From Candidatus Aenigmatarchaeota archaeon (GTDB lineage Archaea > Aenigmatarchaeota > Aenigmatarchaeia > CG10238-14 > SCSR01), in the NCBI GenBank assembly GCA_038998335.1, contig JAVZHQ010000001.1, positions 384,001 to 448,000 of the forward strand: 64,000 nucleotides of DNA, written 5' to 3'. Shown here in pieces: positions 49,232 to 59,600 of this stretch (positions within the stretch are counted from its first letter, which is position 1; each line of letters starts with the position of its first letter). Made by a program: the position numbers and the translations under genes. Under the pieces are notes generated by a model. It made no database searches. It saw only the letters and a list, made by a program, of their open reading frames with translations, and was not told the DNA's origin.

Positions 49232-50544
49232 GGTAGCATTCTTGTCACATATCTTGGAAATAAAACTACCTCTTTTATATTTTTCATATCAAGTAACTTC
49301 ATGGTTAACCTTTCTATTCCTAGGCTAAAACCTCCGTGAGGAGGCACGCCATACCTAAAAACTTCTGTAAACCACCTTAAATTCTCTAAGTTTAGACCTT
49401 TCTCTTTTATCTGAGCAATTATTTTTTCATACCTATGCTCTCTTTGACCTCCTGAAGAAAGTTCTAGACCTTTAAAAATCAAATCAACACTTCTTGCCCA
49501 TTCAGGCTCTTCATCAACTCGCATAACATAAAATGGTTTAATAGAAAAAGGAAATCTATTAACAAAGAAGAAATCAGCCTTGTACTTTTCTTTTACGTAA
49601 TCTGTTAAAATTTTTGTAGATTCTTTATCTAAGTCTTGATTTCTGGGTAATTTTCTTCCATATTCTTCTAGTATTTCATAAATTTTTGGAAACCTTAACT
49701 CTGGAAAAGGAAGCTTAGGTACTTCTATTTCTTTATTAAGAATTTTTAGCTCTTTTTCACATTCTTCTACAACTTTTTTTATTCCAGCTACACAAAGTCT
49801 TTCTTCCAATTTTATCATATCGCTTTCGTCTTTCATGAAAGCAAACTCAGGAGCAATTGTTCTGTGCTCAGCTAAATGGGTTGGCTGATCAGAAGGTTCA
49901 GCCCTCCAGCTAGGTCCTAAGTCGTAGATTTTCTCAAAACCAGCAGCTATTAACAATTGCCTATGCAGCTGAGGATCTTGTCTTAAAAAAGCTTCTTTTC
50001 CGAAGAAATCTATCTTAAAAACTTCTGCCCCACCTTCTGAAATTCCGCCTATTATACTTGGTGTCCAAACTCTTAGGAAACCTTCTTTTTTGAGAAATTC
50101 CTCCATTCCCTCTTGCAATTTTGCTTGAATTATAAAAATAGCTTGATTTTCCCTTCTTCTCAAGTCAAGAGAACGCCATTCAAGTCTTGTTTCTAGGGTT
50201 GCTGGAGTAACATTCCTTGGGTCTAAAGGCAAAGGAGCTTGCGCTTTGCTTATAACCTCAATCTCAGAAGGAATTATTTCTATTCCTTCTTTTGCTATCT
50301 TGCTTCTTACAACTTTACCTTTAACACTTAAAACATCTTCTTGATGTAAACTTTTGTAAATCTCAAGAATTTTTTCAGGAACTTTTTTCCTTGGCGCAGT
50401 AACTTGAACTATACCTTCTCTATCTCTTAGTAAAAGAAAGTTTATTCCTCCTATCAGTCTTACATCATGACACCATCCAGAAACAATTACTTCTTTTCCT
50501 ATGTTTTTTTTCAGCTCGCTTGTGTAATGAGTTCTTTTAAGCAT
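49228..50544 (-). CDS. aspS: Aspartate--tRNA ligase (archaeal type)
   Basis: OB-fold FLLLRDREG, SGGQREH, PPHGGFSLGIERL, FPR. Confidence 0.93.
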   Translation of the reverse strand: MLKRTHYTSELKKNIGKEVIVSGWCHDVRLIGGINFLLLRDREGIVQVTAPRKKVPEKILEIYKSLHQEDVLSVKGKVVRSKIAKEGIEIIPSEIEVISKAQAPLPLDPRNVTPATLETRLEWRSLDLRRRENQAIFIIQAKLQEGMEEFLKKEGFLRVWTPSIIGGISEGGAEVFKIDFFGKEAFLRQDPQLHRQLLIAAGFEKIYDLGPSWRAEPSDQPTHLAEHRTIAPEFAFMKDESDMIKLEERLCVAGIKKVVEECEKELKILNKEIEVPKLPFPELRFPKIYEILEEYGRKLPRNQDLDKESTKILTDYVKEKYKADFFFVNRFPFSIKPFYVMRVDEEPEWARSVDLIFKGLELSSGGQREHRYEKIIAQIKEKGLNLENLRWFTEVFRYGVPPHGGFSLGIERLTMKLLDMKNIKEVVLFPRYVTRMLP

Positions 50545-50548
50545 TTTC

Positions 50549-50794
50549 TCACAAAGCATAGAGGGTAAACCAACTTAACAACCAAAATAAAATAAACGTA
50601 ACAAAGCTGTTATAAACTAAAACTCTTAATTTAACTTGTTTTTTGAAAAGAGGAAGCAAAACAAAGTAAACTATAAAAGGAAACGTTAAAGAAAAAATAA
50701 TGCTTCCGAAACTTTTAGAGAAATAATCTGAAATTACTCCACAAAAAATACCAGCTACTAAAAAAGCTATTGTGATTTTTTTAATCGGTTTCAT
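50549..50794 (-). CDS. Small membrane protein (about 3 TM)
   Basis: Hydrophobic helices; overlaps rnhB stop. Confidence 0.6.
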   Translation of the reverse strand: MKPIKKITIAFLVAGIFCGVISDYFSKSFGSIIFSLTFPFIVYFVLLPLFKKQVKLRVLVYNSFVTFILFWLLSWFTLYAL

Positions 50795-51586
50795 CTTCTC
50801 CCTCTTTACAGTTTACTTTTTTGGAAAAGAAATCTTTTATTTTTTTCTGCCAAGATTTCTCGCCCAAAACTTCATCTTTTACCCATGGTTGTAACTTTTT
50901 TCCTTCTTCAAAGAGTTTTGTAGCTACGCTTTCCACAGTGTCCCAATGCCACCTTATAAAATTTGGTTTTTCTTTGTATTCTGTTAAAACTTTTTCTAAA
51001 AACTTTATAGTTCTGTAATCATGGCTATAGCCTACACCAAAATCAAAACCAACTTTTAACTTTAACTCTTCTATAGCTTTATCTCTTTCAACCTTAGCTA
51101 TTATCGAGGCAGCTGAAACTACAGGATATGTTTCATCTGCGTAATTTTCAACTATAAGCTTCAAATCTTTTCTCCTTAGATTTTCAGCAATTAATTTCTC
51201 AAACCTTTTGTTTTTAGAATGGTTAGTATTGCCTAAAGCATCTATGTAGATTACTTTAGCGTCTATCATATTTATTATTTCAGCCATCTTCATAGCTTCT
51301 ATTCTATCTAAATTTATTTTCTTCTTCATGTAACTGTTAATCCTACAGGCTGGAACTCTTAAAACTACCATGCTCTTTGCTATTTTTTCTATAATTTTAG
51401 CTAACTCTTCCCTTCTTTTTGGCGAGAGCTCTTTTGAATCTTTAACCCCTAAACTCTTCAACTTTTTTTCATCTTTCCTTTCTATTACCAAACCACAAAT
51501 TACCATTGGCCCTATAAGAGCTCCGCGGCCTGCTTGACGTTGCAAAAAGCAATTTCGTCTATGCCGCAGATTAGAATTTTCTTCAC
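50781..51586 (-). CDS. rnhB: Ribonuclease HII, join(51586-51554, 51533-50781), interrupted by a 20-nt BHB intron
   Basis: Spliced frame reads MKKILICGIDE/AGRGALIGPM (261 aa); VKDSK, VSAASIIAKVERD. Confidence 0.9.
51534..51553 (-). other. Putative mRNA intron with BHB splice motif
   Basis: GACG-AA|A-TTGC-TTTTT-GCAA-CGTC-AA|G on the minus strand. Confidence 0.85.
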
Positions 51587-51605
51587 CCCCTTTAAATTAA
51601 TTAAT

Positions 51606-51977
51606 TTATTTGTTTCTTTTAATAAACCAATGTTTGATTCCAATTTTTAAAATCATAAAATCTTCGAGCAAATCCCAAGCTTGATGTAAAACTAATGAAA
51701 GAAAAATTAATTTTAAAGGGAAACTAACTAAAATTGTTAAAAAAATGAAAAACAATAAAAATAAAAAGTTATGAAAGAGATATCTTCTTGGTTTGTTAAA
51801 TTTTATTATTTCATTAAAACCCTTTCTTAAAATTGTTGGCAAATGGTCAAAATCGATAATAATAGTTGAGAGAAAAACTAGAAAGGATAGAAACAAATCA
51901 AGCTTAAACAATGCTATTATCATGAACGCTAGAGAAAAATGAACGAACCAATGAAAAATTATATACCTGAAACTCAT
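51606..51977 (-). CDS. Membrane-bound metal-dependent hydrolase-like protein
   Basis: H..., DFDH, R..FH, H...D motifs with TM helices. Confidence 0.7.
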   Translation of the reverse strand: MSFRYIIFHWFVHFSLAFMIIALFKLDLFLSFLVFLSTIIIDFDHLPTILRKGFNEIIKFNKPRRYLFHNFLFLLFFIFLTILVSFPLKLIFLSLVLHQAWDLLEDFMILKIGIKHWFIKRNK

Positions 51978-51979
51978 AA

Positions 51980-52453
51980 CTAAACCTTTAAAATAATTAG
52001 CAAGACGAAAATAATGCTTACCAAAAGACTTGGTATATGCGATCTTTTGTGAGTTTTAAGGTAAGAAGGATCTTCTAACAAATAACCAACTGGCAATGAA
52101 CCTTTTATTTTTTTCTTAATTAAGGGAGGTAATATATAAATTCCGTTTTTATCTAAAATGTCTAAAAATAAATGGGCAAACAAAGGAATGAAAATTAACT
52201 CTACAGGTAAAAAGAAAAGGAAAGGTATTGAAACGATTAAAAGGCCTAAAATGCTATGAAACCAGCTTCTTGGCCTGTAAGCTAGATGAAGCAGTGAAGG
52301 AATTTCTATAGGAAGCTTTTTTCTTTTATCATACAAGTAGCCGATAACATGATCTAAATCAAATATACAGCTAAAAAATAAAGGCCAGTAATTCTCGAAT
52401 TTTATACTCAAGTACAAACCGACTATAAAATGAGCAAGTATGTCCATTTTCAC
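51980..52453 (-). CDS. Membrane-bound metal-dependent hydrolase (YdjM-like)
   Basis: AH, DLDH, RSWFHS, HLFLD. Confidence 0.75.
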   Translation of the reverse strand: MKMDILAHFIVGLYLSIKFENYWPLFFSCIFDLDHVIGYLYDKRKKLPIEIPSLLHLAYRPRSWFHSILGLLIVSIPFLFFLPVELIFIPLFAHLFLDILDKNGIYILPPLIKKKIKGSLPVGYLLEDPSYLKTHKRSHIPSLLVSIIFVLLIILKV

Positions 52454-52506
52454 CCTTAATTTCTTTATTTTAAAAGAAAAAAAACTTATTCCTTTAATAT
52501 TATTTT

Positions 52507-52968
52507 ATGCTAGAAGAAATAAAGACAAAAAATTTGGAAGAAGAGCTTAGATCTTTGGATTGGAGAAATTTTGAGAAAGTAGTACAAGAAATTTTTGAAG
52601 CTAATGGATTTAGAGTTAAAAGAAACTTTAGGTTCAAAACTAAAAAAAGGTATGAAATAGACATAATAGCAATAAAGGATAATTTTAATTTTTGTGTGGA
52701 TTGCAAACGCTTAGGAAAAGGTAGATATAAAAAAAGTGAAATTGTAAAAGCAATAAAGAAACAAGAAGAAAGAAGCAAAGAACTTAAAAAGTTTTTAAAG
52801 ACAAACCTTTTAGCAAAAGATTCTTTAAAAATAATATCTGAAAAGTTTTATCCTATGTTAGTTACTCTTTTTGAGGAAGAAATAGTAAAGGAAAACGAAA
52901 CTTTTGTTGTGCCAATTTGGAAGTTAAACTCTTTTTTAAACGAGGTAGAAAATTACATCTCGATCTAG
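52507..52968 (+). CDS. PD-(D/E)xK restriction-endonuclease-like protein (Mrr/NERD-like)
   Basis: WRNFE...GF.V, EIDIIA, VDCK. Confidence 0.75.
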   Translation: MLEEIKTKNLEEELRSLDWRNFEKVVQEIFEANGFRVKRNFRFKTKKRYEIDIIAIKDNFNFCVDCKRLGKGRYKKSEIVKAIKKQEERSKELKKFLKTNLLAKDSLKIISEKFYPMLVTLFEEEIVKENETFVVPIWKLNSFLNEVENYISI

Positions 52969-53078
52969 AAATCAGCTTTATAAAGTCTTTTTTTTCTTTT
53001 CTTATAAACGTTTCGAAAAGTATATAAGGAAGTTATTTAAATACTTTTACTCTTATATTTAAGAGTATAGGTGAGAAG

Positions 53079-53636
53079 ATGACTGATTTTAAAATAAGAA
53101 TAGAAAACATAGTTGCTTCTGCTTCACTTGGAGTGAATGTAACTTTGGAAAAAATTGTATCAAAACTAGAAGGAATGGAGTATGAACCTGAGCAGTTTCC
53201 TGGTTTAGTTTACAGGGTAAAAAATCCTAAGGCTGCTGCTTTAATTTTCGGTTCAGGGAAGATTGTTTGCACAGGAGCAAGAAGTGTAGAAGATGTGAAT
53301 ACAGTAATAAAAAAAGTAATAAAAGTAGTAGAGAGTACAGGAGTAAATGTTCCTAAAGGAGTTAAAGTTCAGATTGAAAACATAGTTGCTTCCGCAAAAC
53401 TTAATGCAAACTTAAATTTAGACATAATAGCTTTTAACCTAGAAAATTCTGAGTATGAACCTGAGCAGTTTCCTGGTTTAGTTTACAGGATGGACAACCC
53501 AAAAGTTGCTTTCCTTTTGTTTGGTTCAGGAAAGATTGTTTGCACAGGAGCAAGGAGCATACAAGATGTGAATACAGCAGTAAAAAAAGTGTCAAGAAAG
53601 TTGAAGGAAATTGGCGCACTAGTTAAAAGCAAGTAG
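53079..53636 (+). CDS. tbp: TATA-box binding protein
   Basis: Two repeats IENIVASA...YEPEQFPGLVYR...FGSGKIVCTGA. Confidence 0.97.
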   Translation: MTDFKIRIENIVASASLGVNVTLEKIVSKLEGMEYEPEQFPGLVYRVKNPKAAALIFGSGKIVCTGARSVEDVNTVIKKVIKVVESTGVNVPKGVKVQIENIVASAKLNANLNLDIIAFNLENSEYEPEQFPGLVYRMDNPKVAFLLFGSGKIVCTGARSIQDVNTAVKKVSRKLKEIGALVKSK

Positions 53637-53696
53637 CTTTCCGAAACATTTCAAAAATTAGAAAAATTTAATAAACTTTGAAAACAATAAAAAAGC

Positions 53697-56600
53697 GTGG
53701 AAAAGGAAAACATAATAGAAAAGTTTGCTGAGTTTCTAAGGGAAGAGTATTATAATGATTTAGTGAACGCTGTAAATGAGGGAAAAAAATCAATCTATAT
53801 CGATTTTTCTCTTTTAGATAAATTTGACCCTGAGTTGGCAGATTATTTACTTGAAAATCCTGAAGAAGTTTTGGAGTTGGCTGAAGAAGCAATAAAACAA
53901 ATTGACTTGCCTGGAGAAGCAAAGTTAAGAGTAAGAATACTAAACCTTCCAGAGAGTAGAGAAATAAGAATAAGAAATATTCGTTCAGAGCATATAGGGA
54001 AACTAATCGCAGTAGATGGAATAGTAAAGAGAGCAAGTGAAATAAGACCAGAAGTTTCAGAAGTTATATTTTCTTGCCCAGAATGCGGAAGAGAAATAAC
54101 TGTTATCCAAACAGAAAGAACTATTAGAGCTCCTGTTGAATGTGAATGTGGGAATAGAAAAGGTTTCAGAATTTTAAAGCAAAAACTTTATGACGCTAGA
54201 TGGATTGTAATAGAAGAGCCTTTTGAAATAGTCTCAGGAGAAAGACCTTCAGAAATAATGGTTTTTCTCAAGGAAGATTTGACCTCTCCAAAAATGCAGA
54301 ATAAAACTGACCCAGGTAACAGGATTAAAATAGTAGGAATACTGAAAGAATTGCCAAAAAGAGTTAAAGGAACAAGGTCAAGACAAGTTGAAATATACAT
54401 AGAAGCAAATTCTGTTGAAAGTATAGAAGTTGAGTGGGAAGAACTTGAAATAACTCCAGAAGATGAGAAAAGAATCTTAGAGCTAGCAAAAGACCCAGAA
54501 ATTTATGATAAACTTGTTAGGTCGATAGGGCCAAGTTTATACGGACTAGAAGAAGTAAAAGAAGCAATAGTTTTGCAACTTTTTGGCGGAGAGCCTCATG
54601 TTCAAAAAGATAAGTCAAGGGTTAGAGGAGATATTCACATACTTTTAATCGGAGATCCTAGTTGCTTGGTTGGGGATGAAAGAGTAGTCTTGGGTAATGG
54701 TGCTATAGCCAAGATTTCTTCCCTGGGAAAAGAACATTTACAAAAAATTGATGTTCCAGTTTATTTAGCCGAAGGATATAAACGTGGTACTGCTAAAACA
54801 TTTCATAAGTATGAATTTCAACCTGTCATAGAAATTGTTACAGAGAGTGGTAAAAGTATTAAAGGAACTTTTAATCAGCCAGTTTTAGTGAAGAAAAAAC
54901 CCGGCAAATTTGGAAAATTTAAGAGCGAGTGGAAACGTTTAGATGAGATAAAAATTGGTGATGAAATAAGGGTTATCAACTGGATTCCATGTAGAATTTA
55001 TAAATATGTAGAAACTGGATGGAGTTTGAAAAGTTCAACCAAAAGGAAAAAAATTAAAGTACCTAAGATTCTGGACGAAAAGTTAGCAAGTGTACTTGGT
55101 TATTTGTTAGCAGACGGTTATGTACAAAAATACAGAGTAGGCTGTGCTTTCAATTATGAAGAATTAGACTTATTACCGAAAATGAAAAAGCTTTTTGAAG
55201 AAATTTTTGGTATAAAACCTAGGTTTGAATATCATAAAGAAAAAAATGGTACTAACGTAGAAATGGTTTTCAATTCTATCGAGCTTGCTGAAATTTTACA
55301 ATTTTTGAAAAATAAAAGGGTTCCCGATATGATACTATCATCAAAAAATAGTGTTGTTGCTGCTTTTCTTTCTTGGCTTTATGATGGTGACGGTTCTGTA
55401 ATTTCGGAAGGAAGAGGTAAAAATGGTATACTCTACAAAGCAAAAGATATAGAATTGCTACGTGACATTCAAATCTTATTGTTAAGATTTGGTATACATT
55501 CCCAAATATACGGAAATAATTTGATAATAAGACAAGCAAATTCTATAATAAAATTTGCCAATTCTATTGGTTTTAATTCCAAAAAAAAGAAAGAAAAACT
55601 ACAAAAACTTGTAGAAAATGTAGAAAAACTTAAAAGAAAAAGACATAATAAAAGATGGGAAAGAATAGTTAAAATTATTTACCATCCTCCAGAGAGTGTG
55701 TATGATATAGAAGTTCCTGTACATCATAAATTTGTGGCAAATGGTATAGTTTGTCATAACACAGCAAAAAGTGCTTTGATGAAGGTAGTTTCAAGTCTGA
55801 TTCCTCGCGGACGATATGTATCGGGAAAAGGAGTATCCATAGATTATGACGATCCTGTAATTTACAAAGAAAACGGATTAATCAAAACAGATATAATAGG
55901 TAGGTTTTGTGACAAGTTCTATAAGCAGGGTGAAGTAGGCTTTGTTAAAGTAAAAGGAATAGAAGTTCCTGTTTTTGATCCAACCACTTTTAAAATTTCG
56001 TGGAAACCTGTAACTTATATTTTTAGGCATCCAGCCGAAGAACCGTTACTTAAGTTAACACTCAGGACAGGTAGAGAGATAAGAGTAACACTAGGTCATT
56101 CAATTTATACTCTTGATAAGGGAGAAATCGTAACTAAGCGGGCTGATGAACTAAAGGTTGGAGATTTTATTCTTATACCTTCTCGAATTCCTCCTAACAA
56201 TAAAATAGTTAAAAAAATTATTGTTGCTGATTTAATTAAAAATCACCCTGAGATAAAGCTAAGAACTCTTAAAAAATTTCCAAAAGAGATAAAAGTTAAC
56301 GGCGAGCTTATGAGGCTGATTGGCTACTACATTGCTGAAGGTTCTTTGAATGAAAGTGGAGAACATTGGAAAGTGAGGTTTGATGTCGGAGAAAAAGATA
56401 ATGAAATTATTGAGGATATAAAACGTATTGTAAAGAAATTGTTCGGGCTTGAAGTGAAAGAATATAAAAAGAAAAATTCTAAGGGTAAAGCTCTAGAGAT
56501 TAACTCCAAGTTACTAGTGTTGATTTTTAAAGAAATCTTACAACTCGGAAAAAGTGCTAAGATGAAAAAAATCCCCCCAATAGTTTTTAACACATCAAGC

Positions 56601-59600
56601 AGGAATCAGCTCGAATTTATCAAAGCCTACCTCAAAGGAGATTATGGTGTTACAACCTCTAAAGAACTTACATCAGACTTACAATACTTATTTTTGCTTA
56701 ATGGGGTTATTTCATCGTTTTTGAAAAAAAGAATTAAAGGAAAGATAAAATTTCCGGACCATCTAAGTTTTGTTGACACAATTGTCTATGAAGTGAAAGC
56801 TCCAAAAGTGAGTAAACTGCTAAGGGGTATTTTTAGTATTTCCCGTATTCATGGTTATCCTCCCTTAAAGTGTTTTAGTTCAGAAAAAATTTTAAACCTA
56901 GCAAAGAGTGGTTATAAAAGGGTTTCGAAATCCGCGATGAAAATTCTATTTTCACCTTACAATCTCTTACTTTTCAGTAGGTTAGAAATGTTAAAAAAAG
57001 GTATAGATACAAAAAAATTATCAAGAATTTGTAAAATAAATAGAAAATCTGCTTTGCAGTATCTTAACTCTCTGGTGAAAAAAGGTATTGCGCTTAAAAT
57101 CGGTAAAAAAGGAGAAATAAAGTATTTTTTAACAGAAAAAGGAAAGCTTTTGCTTAAAGAAATTAAACTAATAAATTCTCTTCTCTTGTCAGATTTAGGA
57201 TTTGTAGAAATAAAAAAGATTGAGAGAGTTAAAGCGTCTAAAAGATTTGTATACGATTTGGGAGTTGAAAACTTTAATAATTTTATTGCTGGCTTCGGTG
57301 GGGTGATTTGTCATAACACTGCTGCCGGATTAACGGCAACTGTAGTAAGAGACGAAGAATTTCTGGGAGGATGGGTTTTAGAGGCTGGAGCTTTGGTTAT
57401 GTGCAATAGAAGTCTTTGCGCTATTGACGAATTCGAGAAAGTTGAGAAGAGCGATCAAATAGCTTTGCATGAAGCGATGGAACAGCAAAGCTATCATCCT
57501 TCTATGGAAATCCTTCTTGCAGACGGAAGAAAAGTAAAAATTGGAGAATTTGTAGATAAATTGTTTAACCTTTTAAAGAACAAAATTGTAAGGGGAATTA
57601 ACTGTGAGATTTTACCGCTTCACGAAATATATATCCCGATTCTTACAACTGATGGGCAAAAATTGTTTGTAACGAAAATTACTCAAGTGAGTAGACATAA
57701 ACCGCCAGAAAAGTTTATAAAAATAACTTACTCAAACGGCAGAGAAATAATAGTTACTCCAGAGCATCCTGTCTTTGTTTTTGAGGATTCGCTTACAACT
57801 AAACCTGCTACAAAAGTTAGGCCTGGAGATTTTGTACCAGGAGTCCGCCAGCTTCCCTTGATTACTTCATCTAAAAATCTAGAATTACCAAGCACATCTG
57901 GAAGAAAAAAAATTAATTTTCCAACAGAAATGTCAACAGATTTTGGGAAGTTTTTGGGGTATTTCATAAGTGAAGGTTACTCTTATTCAGGATCTTCTAA
58001 GGAAATAGGAATATCTAACACTTCCAAAAGTATAATTTCTGAAACACAAAACCTAACAAATACCCTATTTGGTATAAATGCATTAGATTATTCACAAATA
58101 AACAGAACCCAACGAATTATATCTTCATCTCTATTTGATTTTATGTTAAAAAATTTTCCTGAAATCATGCAAAAAGCAAGGAATAAGAGAATTCCTTCTA
58201 GCATCCTAACAGCAGAAAAAGAAATATTAAGAGAATTCCTGAAAGCTGCTTTTGAGGGAGACGGCTCTATTGAAAGTAATGCTATATGTTATAGAACTGC
58301 TTCTTCTAAACTAGCAGAAGATTATCAGGATGCACTTTTAAGGTTTGGTATTTTTTCAAGAATTGCATACGATAAGCATAATAACTCTTATAAAGTATAC
58401 ATAACAAGTGATAGTCTTGAAAATTTTGTAAGGATAATCTTAAGGAAAAAGTGCAAGAAGATCGAAAAATTAATAAAAACTTCTAAGAGAAAACTTAGAA
58501 AGCATGATGTTCTCCCTACTTCTGTAGGCCTAAAGATAAGAAATCTTATGAAGAAGGTAGGACTTGTCTACTCAGGCTATTTTAATCAGCATTTGAGATT
58601 TAATTTTGGAATAACTAGAGAGGTTTTCGATAAATACCTTAAACAGATTAGAGAGAAAATAGAAGAAAGCAAAAAAGCTGTAGAAGAAATCCAAGACTTT
58701 AAAGAACTTAGAAGGAAGTTAAATTACTCTCAAGAGTATGTAGCAAACCTTTTGAAAATAAAGAGAAGTAAGATAAACTATATAGAAAGGGGAGGGTACA
58801 CGAAAGAGATAAGAGAAAAATTGCTCAAGTTATTTAAAGAAAACGTAAAGAAAGAAATTAAGAAAGTTGAAGAAAGCTTAAACCAACTAGAAGATCTCAA
58901 AAAATTTAGATGGCTAAGAGTTAAAAAAGTGGATGTTTTAGAAAATAAAGGAAGCGTAAAAGCAGAATGGGTTTATGATGTAACCGTTAAGCCGACAAAA
59001 TGTTTTATAAGTAATGGGCTAGTTCTTCACAACACAATTTCAATAGCAAAAGCAAACATAGTAGCTACTCTTCCTGCAAGAACTAGCATACTAGCAGGAG
59101 GTAATCCAAAGCTTGGAAGGTTTGACCCTTACTTGCCGATAAAAGAGCAGATAGATGTTCCAGAAACTCTTTTAGCAAGGTTTGATTTAAAGTTTGCCTT
59201 AAGAGATGTGCCAAACCCTGAGCTAGACGCAAAAATCGCAGAACATATTCTTAAAGCAAGGCATTATGAAGAAGAAGAGATTAAACCAGAAATAGAACCT
59301 GATTTTATAAGAAAGTACGTAGCTTATGCTAGGAAGAACTGCCATCCGAAACTTACAAGAGAAGCTGGGGAAACGATAAAAGAATTTTTTGTTAAATTAA
59401 GAGAAAAGGTTGGAGGAGAAGAGGCTCCAATACCTATAACTTTAAGGCAATATGAGGCTCTTATAAGACTTGCTGAAGCTTCAGCTAAAGTTCAGCTTAG
59501 AAATGAGGTTACGAAAGAAGATGCTATAAGGGCAATAAATTTAATGAAAGCCTCTTTGAGACAGTTTGGTTTTGACCCAGAAATAGGAAAAATTGACATA

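Noticed and set aside
50781-51545. RNase HII starting at TTG 51545 (MQRQAGRG)
   Set aside because: Lacks catalytic Asp/Glu and starts inside the putative intron; the spliced model explains the sequence better
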